The notes under the pieces were generated by a model. That model worked only from the letters and a program-made list of their open reading frames with translations, was not told the origin of the DNA and ran no database searches. Position numbers and translations under genes: made by a program. Source: Promethearchaeota archaeon (GTDB taxonomy: Archaea > Asgardarchaeota > Lokiarchaeia > Sigyniarchaeales > SOKP01). Taken from it: a stretch of DNA of 17,239 nucleotides. Positions within the stretch are counted from its first letter, which is position 1; the number at the start of each line of letters is the position of its first letter. Shown one piece after another: positions 1 to 8,668 of the stretch. The stretch covers positions 1-17,239 of the forward strand of contig JAHLWP010000057.1 in NCBI GenBank assembly GCA_019057865.1, read 5' to 3'.

Positions 1-32
1 TGAAAATGAATTCAGCTCAATGGATTTCTAAC

Positions 33-52
33 ATCTAAATCCTTTGAGACTG
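33..52. repeat. Probable right terminal inverted repeat of a sister IS/MITE copy whose body lies left of the window
   Basis: 33-52 ATCTAAATCCTTTGAGACTG matches the right end of the 60..868 element (849-868 ATCTACTTCCTTTGAAACTG) at 17/20 and directly abuts the TTAGTAT at 53-59. Confidence 0.45.
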
Positions 53-59
53 TTAGTAT

Positions 60-868
60 CAGTATCTAAGGAAGTATTTTTTTTTCATTAAATTTTTCTT
101 TTTTTTATTCCGACATTATTCTTACTTTAATGGAGGATATTTACCAATTTTTTGTAATGCTCAAGAAATATATCAATTAAAAGAGCTTGAACATATTAAA
201 AAGTTCGCTTTTAGCATTTCCTTCCGTTTTTTATATATTTTTTGAGGTATCGTAGATTTGGGTTCGAAAAAGTGTAAAAAAACATCTGAGTACCTTAACC
301 TAACAATCCTCCCGGTTTCATAACTCCCCTCCCGAGAATCCTTCTATGATTTTAGTCGGAAAAAATCGCCCTATTAGTTCTCCCTTTTTAATAAAATTAT
401 AAAATGCGGGACGCTCAAGAGCTGAATTCAATTTTATATTTCTCGGGAATAGTTATCGTTAAAATTTTTCTCCCAGCATCGATTAAGGATAGATAGGAGG
501 TTGAAAAGATCTTATTAAGGAATAATCCAGAAATCTATCAAAAGAGAAATATCTTTATTATTTTAATTCCAAGCTCCCATGAACATTTAGGTATCCCATA
601 AAAGATTATCTCAAAATTTTTCTGAAAAATTGTGGAAGATAGTACGCAGATCGAAGAAATTTTATTCCAAGGTTAAGAAAAAAATCAAAAAAACTTCCAT
701 AAATTTTCATTCAAAAATATGTTGATATTTTTTCGATAAATCTTATGATGGCGAGCTAAAAATATCAAATAAAGAAAAATAATTTTTTAAAATAGGAGAT
801 TCGTGGCAAAATTTAATAAAGATAATTACAGGTTTATTAGATTTAGAGATCTACTTCCTTTGAAACTG
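60..868. mobile_element. Non-autonomous IS remnant / MITE (809 bp) with 17-bp imperfect TIRs and a 7-bp target-site duplication
   Basis: Left end 60-76 is CAGTATCTAAGGAAGTA. Right end 852-868 is TACTTCCTTTGAAACTG (reverse complement CAGTTTCAAAGGAAGTA, 15/17 identical). Identical TTAGTAT flanks sit at 53-59 and 869-875. The ORF track lists nothing inside. Family not assigned; 5'-CAG ends are reminiscent of ISH3/IS4-superfamily elements. Confidence 0.62.
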
Positions 869-1051
869 TTAGTATGAAAAAGATCATTTATATGTTTGTG
901 TTTGTACATAGGATATTGCTAAATCGAAATTGATATTATCAAAATTGAAAATAACAAGGAATGACAATAATTCTTCTAAAATCATTTAGATTTTTAAAAA
1001 ATTTTCTTTTTAGAAAATTCAAATATTTACTTGTTCTAAATCATTAAATCA

Positions 1052-1071
1052 ATGACTAAAAAAATTGTCAA
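1052..1071 (+). promoter_or_regulatory. Putative operator, ATGACT-N8-TGTCAA, upstream of module A
   Basis: Imperfect palindrome 139 bp upstream of ATG 1211, with the same 6-8-6 geometry as the sites at 6200, 11203 and 11340. The flank ATTGTCAAATTATTAATTC (1064-1082) resembles the minus-strand ATTGTCAAATTTATTAAATTC upstream of module B. Confidence 0.5.
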
Positions 1072-1210
1072 ATTATTAATTCGAAAATAATAATTTTGGT
1101 CATCAAATATAATAAAATTATGATTTTCAAATTGCTTTTATATCTTTGTAAGAATCTTATTCTTGAATAAAAAAATCAATTTAAAGTAAGTTAAAAAGTC
1201 AGTTAGGCTT

Positions 1211-1840
1211 ATGGAAGTCTTAGAACTAAAACCTGTAAAGGGAAAAAAAGTATATTTATATCTAATAAAAAAAGAAGATCGAGAATTATTTGAATCAGAA
1301 TATGAGGATCTTAAAGAAATTATAAAAAAAAGGAACTTCAGGTTTGCCATAGTTGATTTTAATGATAATGATTCAAAAGAGTTATATCAAACTGCTTTAT
1401 TAAAGTTTTTGAAAAAGTTTACACTCCCTTATTACAACATCGATATTCCTGAAAATGCTAAAAATTATTTATACCACGAAATTTTAAGGGAAGAGGTTCA
1501 AATCAGCGAATTAGAAGAGGAATATGAAAATCTTTATTTGAATGAACAACAAGATACATTTAAAGCTCAAAACTTGAAATCTTGGATTGATTTATTAAAA
1601 ATAGAAGTAGAATATAAGAAAAAACATTTGGAATTAATTATAAAACCTAAATGGATTGTAAAAAAAGTGTTAGATATTGTTAATGAAATTAAACATGATA
1701 AATTATCGATATTACATTTTGCTCCAGAAAAACTATTTTCTGAATTAAAAAGTTTATTTGAAGAATATAATATCAAGGTCATAAAATATGACATGAATAA
1801 AATAGATATGAAATCAATTGTAATACAAGAGAGGATTTAA
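1211..1840 (+). CDS. Uncharacterised alpha/beta protein with a helical-hairpin insert ('VLELKP' family, subtype 1); paralog of 10468..11082
   Basis: 209-aa ORF, collinear with the 204-aa ORF: MEVLELKPVK (both), FAIVDF/FVTVDF, IDIPENAKNYLYHEI/VDIPEYAMGYLYVEI, LKSWIDLL/LKNWIDMI, PKWIVKKVLDI/PQWIVKKMLDI, LSILHF/ISFLHL. Confidence 0.85.
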   Translation: MEVLELKPVKGKKVYLYLIKKEDRELFESEYEDLKEIIKKRNFRFAIVDFNDNDSKELYQTALLKFLKKFTLPYYNIDIPENAKNYLYHEILREEVQISELEEEYENLYLNEQQDTFKAQNLKSWIDLLKIEVEYKKKHLELIIKPKWIVKKVLDIVNEIKHDKLSILHFAPEKLFSELKSLFEEYNIKVIKYDMNKIDMKSIVIQERI

Positions 1841-1844
1841 AGAA

Positions 1845-3506
1845 ATGCAAGTTTTAGAATTAAAACCTTTAAAAAATAAAAATTTGAAATTAATTCTAAT
1901 TGAAAGTGAATTTCCCATAGATTGGGTTTTCGAATTACCAAAAGAAGAAAATATTCTTGGAAACTTATTTTTTGTATCTAAGGAATATATTGATTTTATT
2001 AAGGGTTTAGTGAATCAACATCATCCTGATTTTGTGGTGGACGATAAAAGAATGCGCTCAGATAACGAAATTGCTATAGAAGATGAATTTGGCTTTATTT
2101 TTAGAGAAACAGGAATCCCCTATCAATTTGTTGATATTCCAGATTATGCATTAAATATTATTTCAACACCTTTAATGGATAAAAAGGCTTTTATTAAAAA
2201 ATTCTCAGATGAAATTGAAAATTATAGGAAAAGGGGTAGAGTTCACTATAATGATCCTCATTTTCAACAATTAGTTATATGGAGAGAATTTTTAAAAGAT
2301 GATTTTAAATCACAAGAAGATGAGATAAGATATAAAATACGTGAATCATGGATGATGATGGGGATTTTAGAATTAGCAAAAAAGCAGGAGAAAAAACAAA
2401 TAAAAGCTTTTTTCATATGCGATAAAAGACATTTTGATGAGATTGTATTCTTAGCTAATGAATTGAATATTAGTACTGAAATAATTAATATCAAAAAAAT
2501 TGCTAAAGATCTCGATGATACAACTTCAATTAAGGATTTAATGAAAAAATCAGTTCTTGAAATAATACCTATCAAAGTAAAGAAAAAAGAAAAAGAAGAG
2601 AAAATTTTATATTTTTTTGATACAGATGATTACTGCTCTCCTTTTGATACCAATATGGGATATGATGCTGGTTTTAATGTTGTTATACCTTATTGTAAAA
2701 TGACAGCAGATAGGGTCACTAAGTTGGTACAAGATGCTATTTTTTCTAGAAAAGCGGGAGCTCCAACTGTTTTTTTTGTAGGCGGGTCAAATGTTGAGGA
2801 AAGTGAAAAAATAGCAAAAGAAGTATTAAAAGCAATTGTTCCACCCTTTGAATCTCCGGTTATAATAGATCCAAGGGGAGCACATACAACTGCATCCGCA
2901 ATAGTTGCTAAAACTCTACAAGTGGCAAGAAATCATGGGACAACATATATTTCAGGAAAAAAGGTAGTTTGCTTAGGTGGTACTGGTCCGGTAGGCCAAA
3001 TATCTGCTTTAATTGCCTCAAAACTAAATGCAAATGTAGTAATAATTTCTAGAAGAGAACAATTTGTAAAAGAATTAGCGAAATCACTAACAAAGAAAGT
3101 AGGTAAAGGGGCAAACAAAATAACAGGTGAAGTGGCAAAATCAGAGGAACAATACTATAAAATTGTAAAAGATGCAGATGTAATTTGGTCGGTTGGTAAA
3201 GCAGGAGTTCAAATGCTATCTAGAGAAGTAATTAAACAGTTAACATCAAATAAAATAATAGTAGATATTAATCTAGTCCCACCCTATGGTTTAGAGGGGA
3301 TTAAACCAGAATTTGATGATGTTGAATTCTATCCTGGTATTTATGGAATTGGTGCTTTGGGTATAGGGCGGTTAAAGTATAAAGTTGAGAGGAAAATTTT
3401 CACAATGGCAATTAGGACAAAGGGTAAGAAAATTTTTGATTATAATATCGCTTTTGAAATTGCTAGTAAAATATTATTTGGCGAAGAAGTTAAAATTTCA
3501 ATTTAA
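1845..3506 (+). CDS. mtdB: Fusion of a 'VLELKP' family (TraB/PrgY-like) domain (aa ~1-230) to a NAD(P)-dependent methylene-tetrahydromethanopterin dehydrogenase, MtdB-like (aa ~250-553)
   Basis: C-terminal part has MtdA/B motifs: SPFDTNMGYDAGF, VQDAIFSR, FVGG, DPRGAHTTASAIVA, GGTGPVG, DINLVPPYGLEGI, GALGIGRLK. N-terminal part is collinear with the 241-aa ORF at 9719..10444. GAGAGG RBS lies at the end of the upstream gene. Confidence 0.85.
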   Translation: MQVLELKPLKNKNLKLILIESEFPIDWVFELPKEENILGNLFFVSKEYIDFIKGLVNQHHPDFVVDDKRMRSDNEIAIEDEFGFIFRETGIPYQFVDIPDYALNIISTPLMDKKAFIKKFSDEIENYRKRGRVHYNDPHFQQLVIWREFLKDDFKSQEDEIRYKIRESWMMMGILELAKKQEKKQIKAFFICDKRHFDEIVFLANELNISTEIINIKKIAKDLDDTTSIKDLMKKSVLEIIPIKVKKKEKEEKILYFFDTDDYCSPFDTNMGYDAGFNVVIPYCKMTADRVTKLVQDAIFSRKAGAPTVFFVGGSNVEESEKIAKEVLKAIVPPFESPVIIDPRGAHTTASAIVAKTLQVARNHGTTYISGKKVVCLGGTGPVGQISALIASKLNANVVIISRREQFVKELAKSLTKKVGKGANKITGEVAKSEEQYYKIVKDADVIWSVGKAGVQMLSREVIKQLTSNKIIVDINLVPPYGLEGIKPEFDDVEFYPGIYGIGALGIGRLKYKVERKIFTMAIRTKGKKIFDYNIAFEIASKILFGEEVKISI

Positions 3507-3574
3507 ATAGCATCTCTAACAAAATAAACTTTATTTTTTTTCTTGAAATTTTTTAAAAAAATGAGAGGATTTGA

Positions 3575-4000
3575 TTGCCTTATAAGATTTTAAAAAAGAA
3601 AGAAATTGGGTCAAATGGAATTTTATTTGAAATTGTATTAGATACGCCATCAATTGCTAAAAAAGCGCATGCCGGAAATTTTATAATAATTAGAATTAAT
3701 GAAAAAGGAGAGAGGATTCCTTTAACTATAGCAGATTATGATAGAGAAATTGGAACAATAACAATTGTTTTTCAGGTTGTAGGTAAAAGTACTAAATTGC
3801 TTTCATTTATAGAGGTTGGTGATAAGATACTTGATGTTGTTGGGCCATTAGGAAACAATATCCACATTCAAAAATTTCATTATCCAATTGTTATAATAGG
3901 TGGGGGTGTAGGAATAGCTCCATGTTATCTACAAGTAAAAGAATTAAAGGAAGCTGGAAATAAAATCATCTGTATATTGGGGGCAAGGAATAAAGAATAA
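3575..4000 (+). pseudogene. nfnA: Truncated NfnA/SudB-type FAD/NAD-binding subunit of NADH-dependent reduced-ferredoxin:NADP oxidoreductase
   Basis: Motifs AGNFIIIR, GERIPLTIADYD, VVGKST, DVVGPLG, GGGVGIAP, LGARNKE. TTG start after GAGAGG. Stops at 141 aa, about half the usual length, before the [2Fe-2S] cysteine region. I see no continuation in other frames and no nfnB in the window. Confidence 0.75.
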
Positions 4001-4330
4001 AAAAATTCATTATAATTTATTATTAATCCAGAAATATTAAAAAACAATTATTTAAATTTTTTATAAATTTATTAAATATGATCATATTATTATTGATATC
4101 AGTAACATATTAACCTATCTATAGAAATATTAATTAGGAAATCTCTATCAAAATTTACAATTTCGAATAAATTACAAGATCTCTAAAAAAAAAGTTACAT
4201 AGACGAAAATATTAATAATTAAATTGAAAAAACATAATACGTAAAAGATTGTTATAATCTATGTGAATTATAATATTTAATAAAAAATGTAAAAATTAAA
4301 AAAATTTTTAATTTAATGAGGTAAAAAATA

Positions 4331-5782
4331 ATGGAAACAAAAGAAGATATAATTGATTATTTACAATCTATTGATATGGGCATTGGTTTTCAAGATTTGA
4401 ATGAGCATGTGATAAGTAAAAATGCCTGTATTTTTTGTGGAGCATGTATATCACTTTGTCCTCGCATTGGGGTTAGAGATAATAAACCTGTGTTATTAGA
4501 TAGTGACCCAGAGTGTTCTATGTGTTTTAAATATTGTGCGAGGACATACTTTCCAGAAGAAATGTTTGAACAAGATCTTTTTAATGGTAATATTCCTAAA
4601 GACTTTTTAATAGGACATTATCAAAAGATTATTGCTGCAAAAAGCACAAATAAAGAGATTTTGATGGTTGCTCAAAATGGTGGTGTGGTAACTACCTTAC
4701 TTATTCATGCTTTAAATACAGGATTAATAGATGGTGTTCTTCTTGCAGATAGAGATGAAAATTGGGTGCCAAAACCAACAGTAGTACGGACTCCTGAGGA
4801 AATAATGCTCGTTGCTGGTTCAATATACACCATGACACCAACTCTACTTTCTTATTCTGATGCTATTAATAAATATAAACTTAAGAAATTAGCATTTGTG
4901 GGAATGCCGTGTCAAATTCAAGCAGTTCGTAAAATACAATTATGGCCGCCCCTTTCTGAAGAATATGGTAAATTTTCATTAATTATTGGGCTTTATTGTA
5001 CTTCAAATTATTCATATGACTTAATGGAAAAGCTTGTTCAAGAAAAGCTTAAAATAGAAATGAGGGATGTAAAGAAATTTGACATCTCTCGGGGTCAATT
5101 TATCGTTTACACTAAAAATGGTCAATACTGGCAAGTCCCAATACAAGAAACTAAAAAATATAATTGGTCTAGCTGTCAATATTGTAAAGATTATACTGCG
5201 GAATTTGCTGATATATCAGTAGGAAGTGTTGGGAAACCTGAAGGAAGTTGGAATAGTGTAATCATACGTACAGATATAGGTAAAAAGTTATTTGATGATG
5301 CGGTTACCTCTAAAAAAATGATTGTTGCCAATAATGTTAATCTGTCAAAAATTAAAGAAGAAGCAATGAAAAAGAAATCAAAAATCAAAAAATTGGATGA
5401 AAAAGTGTTTTCAGCTATGAAATTCTTAAAAATATCTGATCTTGAAATAAGAACTTATGCAATTCTAGTTTCTCTAGGTAACGCTGACCTACCAATGCTA
5501 AACAGAGTCATGAAATTAGAAAAAGAGGTTATCGATAATACCCTTGATTCATTAGTAAAACGTAAATGGGTAAAATCAACTGATGGATTTTATAAACCAA
5601 TAAATCCAACTAAAGTTATTAAGGATGAGATATATAAATTTAAGAAGGATATTAGGCGAAACATTGAAAGAATTAAAAAAGAAGCTATGGTTGATTTAGA
5701 GACATTATTTGAACAAAATAATCTTATGTATGTACGCTATGAAGAATATTTTGATCAAATTCTATACAAAGAAATACTGTAG
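4331..5782 (+). CDS. Coenzyme F420 hydrogenase/dehydrogenase beta-subunit family (FrhB/FpoF-like, N-terminal ferredoxin) fused to a C-terminal TrmB-like winged HTH and helical tail
   Basis: Ferredoxin motifs CIFCGACISLCP and CSMCFKYC. FrhB motifs AQNGGVVTTLL, GSIY, VGMPCQ, IGLYC, CQYCKDYTAEFADISVGSVG, GSWNSVIIRT. From about nt 5417, LKISDLEIRTYAILVSLG...IDNTLDSLVKRKWVKS..GFYKPINP fits the TrmB N-terminal wHTH pattern. GAGGT RBS. Confidence 0.85.
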   Translation: METKEDIIDYLQSIDMGIGFQDLNEHVISKNACIFCGACISLCPRIGVRDNKPVLLDSDPECSMCFKYCARTYFPEEMFEQDLFNGNIPKDFLIGHYQKIIAAKSTNKEILMVAQNGGVVTTLLIHALNTGLIDGVLLADRDENWVPKPTVVRTPEEIMLVAGSIYTMTPTLLSYSDAINKYKLKKLAFVGMPCQIQAVRKIQLWPPLSEEYGKFSLIIGLYCTSNYSYDLMEKLVQEKLKIEMRDVKKFDISRGQFIVYTKNGQYWQVPIQETKKYNWSSCQYCKDYTAEFADISVGSVGKPEGSWNSVIIRTDIGKKLFDDAVTSKKMIVANNVNLSKIKEEAMKKKSKIKKLDEKVFSAMKFLKISDLEIRTYAILVSLGNADLPMLNRVMKLEKEVIDNTLDSLVKRKWVKSTDGFYKPINPTKVIKDEIYKFKKDIRRNIERIKKEAMVDLETLFEQNNLMYVRYEEYFDQILYKEIL

Positions 5783-5856
5783 TAATACTTGGTTTTAAGT
5801 ATAAAAGAAGTTTTAACAAATTATTATATATAAGAGAGAATAGGAAAAGATATTTT

Positions 5857-6090
5857 TTATTTTGTAATTTCTGCTTTTAATATATCAATTAAAGTTTTTA
5901 AATACTGAGCATTAAATGAATCTTTATTTTGTATTTCTTGATACGCATTAATGTACTCAGCTAATTGTTGTTTTTTCTTTTCTATTTCCCAATAAAGAAA
6001 TCCTTTTTTAAGTTCTTCCGCAAATTCATTATATTCAATATTAGTCATTTTAACTTCATTTTTATGTTTTAATTCAGCAATAATTTCCAT
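5857..6090 (-). CDS. 77-aa mini-paralog of the 'VLELKP' family (helical hairpin only)
   Basis: GFLYWEIEKKKQQLAEYINAYQEIQNKDSFNAQYLKTLIDILKAEI aligns with GYLYVEIGEKEDLLNLLFEEYVSMDNKDSYKGESLKNWIDMIREEI (204 aa) and NYLYHEI...QDTFKAQNLKSWIDLLKIEV (209 aa). Has its own upstream palindrome at 6200-6219. Confidence 0.75.
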   Translation of the reverse strand: MEIIAELKHKNEVKMTNIEYNEFAEELKKGFLYWEIEKKKQQLAEYINAYQEIQNKDSFNAQYLKTLIDILKAEITK

Positions 6091-6199
6091 TTTAATAATA
6101 CACTTCTAATTTTATAATCTTTAGTTAAGTATCTTTACTCTAATTAATTACAAACTAATAGGTAATTTAAAAAATTTGATAAGAGAATTTTTATTTATT

Positions 6200-6219
6200 T
6201 TGACAATTTTATTTATCAA
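6200..6219 (-). promoter_or_regulatory. Putative operator, TTGACA-N8-TATCAA, upstream of the 77-aa gene
   Basis: TTGACA attttatt TATCAA, about 110 bp upstream of the minus-strand ATG at 6090. Arms are identical to those at 11203-11222. Confidence 0.55.
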
Positions 6220-6318
6220 TTAATTTTTTTAAACAATTTTTTTAAATGTTAATTATAACGCCAGAAATATAAAATGATTAAAAATTATGAAGAGAATATA
6301 GCAATTCTTTGAAAAAAA

Positions 6319-8580
6319 TTACCCATAAAGGGAAGGCTCTTTAATGTCTTCTTCATAAGACATTTTTGCCCTTTTAGCGTCTTTAGTTATTTTTTCTATA
6401 GCTTTTTTAAAATCATCTTTGGTAATTTTTGTTTTTATAAATGTTGATATGTCATAATCATTTATTTGATTTTCAATAATACCTCTTCTAATTGCTAAAA
6501 TAGTAGCTTCCTCACAAATGCCTTGAATATCTGCACCAGTATATCCATCTAATTTTTCTGCTAATTCATCAATGCTGATATCCTCATCTATAGGACGATC
6601 TCCTAAGTGAATTTTAAAAATTTTAACTCGAGAGTCTTTATTAGGCAAAGGTATTTCAATATGTCTCCCAAATCTACCTGAGCGTAACAAGGCAGGATCC
6701 AATAAATCGGGTCTATTGGTAGCTGCTATTAATATGACATCTTTTAATCTCTCTAATCCATCCATCTCAGTTAACAATTGTGCAACTACTTGTTCACTAA
6801 CACGAGAACCAGATGATTTACTTCGTTTTAATGCAATTGCATCTATTTCATCGAAGAAAATAATACATGGTGCTGCTGTTCTTGCTTTTCGAAAAGTCTC
6901 TCTAACTGCTTTAGCACTCTCACCTACCCACTTAGATAAAAACTCAGGACCTTTTACTGAAATAAAATTTAATTCTGTTTCATGAGCAAGTGCTTTAGCC
7001 ATTAGAGTTTTACCTGTTCCTGGAAGCCCAAACATTAAAATTCCATTCGGAGGATTTGATTTCATATGTTTATAAAAGTGTGGATACTTGAATGGCCACT
7101 CAATTATTTCTCTTAATTGTTGCTTAGCATTTTCTAATCCTCCAATATCCTCCCATGTCTCTGTAGGTTGAGTAATAAGTACTTCTCTTAAAGCAGATGG
7201 TTCAATACTATTTATAGTTTTAACAAAATGTATCATCTTAAGCTTAAGTTTATTTAAAATTTCTTCTGGGATTGGTATATCTAAATCAATTTGTGGGAGT
7301 ATCTCTCTTATTGCAAGCATAGCTGCTTCTTTACATAGAGCTTTAATATCAGCCCCTACAAAACCGTGGGTTTTTTCAGCAATTCTTCTTAAATTTACAT
7401 CGTTATCCAAAGGAATTCCACGTGTATGAATTAATAAAATTTCATAGCGTCCATTAGTATCAGGAACTTTAATCTCAATCTCTCTGTCAAATCGTCCTGG
7501 TCTTCTTAATGCAATATCAATATTATTAACTTTATTTGTTGCTCCAATTATTATAATTTCACCTCTTCCTTCTAGGCCATCCATAAGGGAGAGTAATTGA
7601 GCTACAACTCTTGATTCTACCTGGCTTTTACCTTCCTCTCTTTTAGGAGCAATCGAATCTAACTCATCAAGAAATATTATTGAAGGTGCATTTTTTTTTC
7701 CTTCCTCGAAAACTTTCCTGAGATTTTCTTCGCTTTGACCAAAAAATTTACTCATAATTTCTGGACCACTAATACTAATAAAATGTGCATCTGTTTCAGA
7801 TACAACTGCTTTAGCAAGTAAAGTCTTTCCTGTTCCTGGTGGTCCATGAAATAAAACTCCTTTGGGAGGGTCAATGCCTATCCTTTCAAATAATTCAGGA
7901 TGTCTTATAGGAAGTTCAATCATTTCTCGAATTTTTTGGATCGATGCTTTCAGACCTCCTATATCTTCGTAAGTAATTCTTTCACGGAGTTTCTGTAACT
8001 TTTCTTTTAAATCTCTGATCTCCTCATATCTTAACTTTGGTTTGCTAACTATATCAAATTCTTGATGTTTTTCTGTAAAAATTATTTTAGTATTAAGATT
8101 AATTTTAACAGCTTCAACTGAAGGAGTATAATCTATTACAACTAAATCAATCCGATGCGCCATAGCGTAAAAACTTAAACTATCACCTTTAGTAATAACT
8201 CTGTGTTCTAATTTTCTTGCTAATGCTTGAGGGTCTCGTGGTATCAATGAATCGTCTAATCCAGCAAATGTAATATTTTGGGCTAAAATAGCCTGAATTT
8301 TTATTATATCAACTAGATCATCGATTGAAGCTCCAATATTTCTTCTAAGAGATGGATCCATACGTATTATCTTCTTATTTTCATCTTCAATTTTTCCAGT
8401 AGACAATAATGCAGCAGTCTTTTTCCTATTTAATGGATGGGTTATTTCAATAACATCCCCCACTTTTAGATTTAATTCATTAATCACATCAGGATCGATC
8501 CTTACAATACCTCTGCCAGCATCTTCTTTAAAAGCATCCTTTATCCTTACCTTCATATTTGCGTTTATATTATCAGACAT
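6319..8580 (-). CDS. cdc48: CDC48/VCP-family AAA+ ATPase (753 aa from the likely start MSDNINAN)
   Basis: N domain ([11 protein letters not shown]). D1: [29 protein letters not shown]2: [32 protein letters not shown]-terminal HbYX (LYG). Start moved from 8649 to ATG 8580 because AAGGTGG precedes it and the extra N-terminal residues translate an A/T tract. Confidence 0.95.
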   Translation of the reverse strand: MSDNINANMKVRIKDAFKEDAGRGIVRIDPDVINELNLKVGDVIEITHPLNRKKTAALLSTGKIEDENKKIIRMDPSLRRNIGASIDDLVDIIKIQAILAQNITFAGLDDSLIPRDPQALARKLEHRVITKGDSLSFYAMAHRIDLVVIDYTPSVEAVKINLNTKIIFTEKHQEFDIVSKPKLRYEEIRDLKEKLQKLRERITYEDIGGLKASIQKIREMIELPIRHPELFERIGIDPPKGVLFHGPPGTGKTLLAKAVVSETDAHFISISGPEIMSKFFGQSEENLRKVFEEGKKNAPSIIFLDELDSIAPKREEGKSQVESRVVAQLLSLMDGLEGRGEIIIIGATNKVNNIDIALRRPGRFDREIEIKVPDTNGRYEILLIHTRGIPLDNDVNLRRIAEKTHGFVGADIKALCKEAAMLAIREILPQIDLDIPIPEEILNKLKLKMIHFVKTINSIEPSALREVLITQPTETWEDIGGLENAKQQLREIIEWPFKYPHFYKHMKSNPPNGILMFGLPGTGKTLMAKALAHETELNFISVKGPEFLSKWVGESAKAVRETFRKARTAAPCIIFFDEIDAIALKRSKSSGSRVSEQVVAQLLTEMDGLERLKDVILIAATNRPDLLDPALLRSGRFGRHIEIPLPNKDSRVKIFKIHLGDRPIDEDISIDELAEKLDGYTGADIQGICEEATILAIRRGIIENQINDYDISTFIKTKITKDDFKKAIEKITKDAKRAKMSYEEDIKEPSLYG
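7924..8037 (-). repeat. Diverged in-frame tandem duplication (2 x 57 nt) at the N-D1 linker of Cdc48
   Basis: [19 protein letters not shown] (8037-7981) directly precedes the canonical [19 protein letters not shown] (7980-7924). Confidence 0.7.
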
Positions 8581-8668
8581 TCTATCCACCTTATTTACCC
8601 TTACAAAACTCCTGTATTTAAATAAAAAAGAAAATAAAAAAATTAACACATATTAATAATTAATTTTA

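Noticed and set aside
170-300. Minus-strand IYKKRKEM as a remnant of an IS4-type YxxRWxIE transposase motif
   Set aside because: Too short and degenerate to support without a translated search.
240-450. Slightly GC-richer stretch with a 9-bp inverted repeat (about 330-338 / 440-448) as a possible ncRNA or tRNA
   Set aside because: No cloverleaf or extended stem could be built, and it lies inside the putative mobile element.
21-875. CRISPR repeats (ends TTTGAGAC / TTTGAAAC) or origin ORB boxes
   Set aside because: Only two copies about 816 bp apart with identical downstream sequence, no regular spacers, no cas or cdc6/orc1 gene, and no G-string. TIR plus target duplication explains them better.
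6200-6205. TTGACA as a bacterial sigma70 -35 box
   Set aside because: Gene content is archaeal, the hexamer points away from the adjacent downstream gene here, and it pairs with TATCAA as a palindrome arm.
8581-8649. N-terminal 23 aa of Cdc48 given in the ORF track
   Set aside because: Translates a low-complexity A/T tract from a non-ATG start. ATG 8580 has a good RBS and matches the normal N-domain start.
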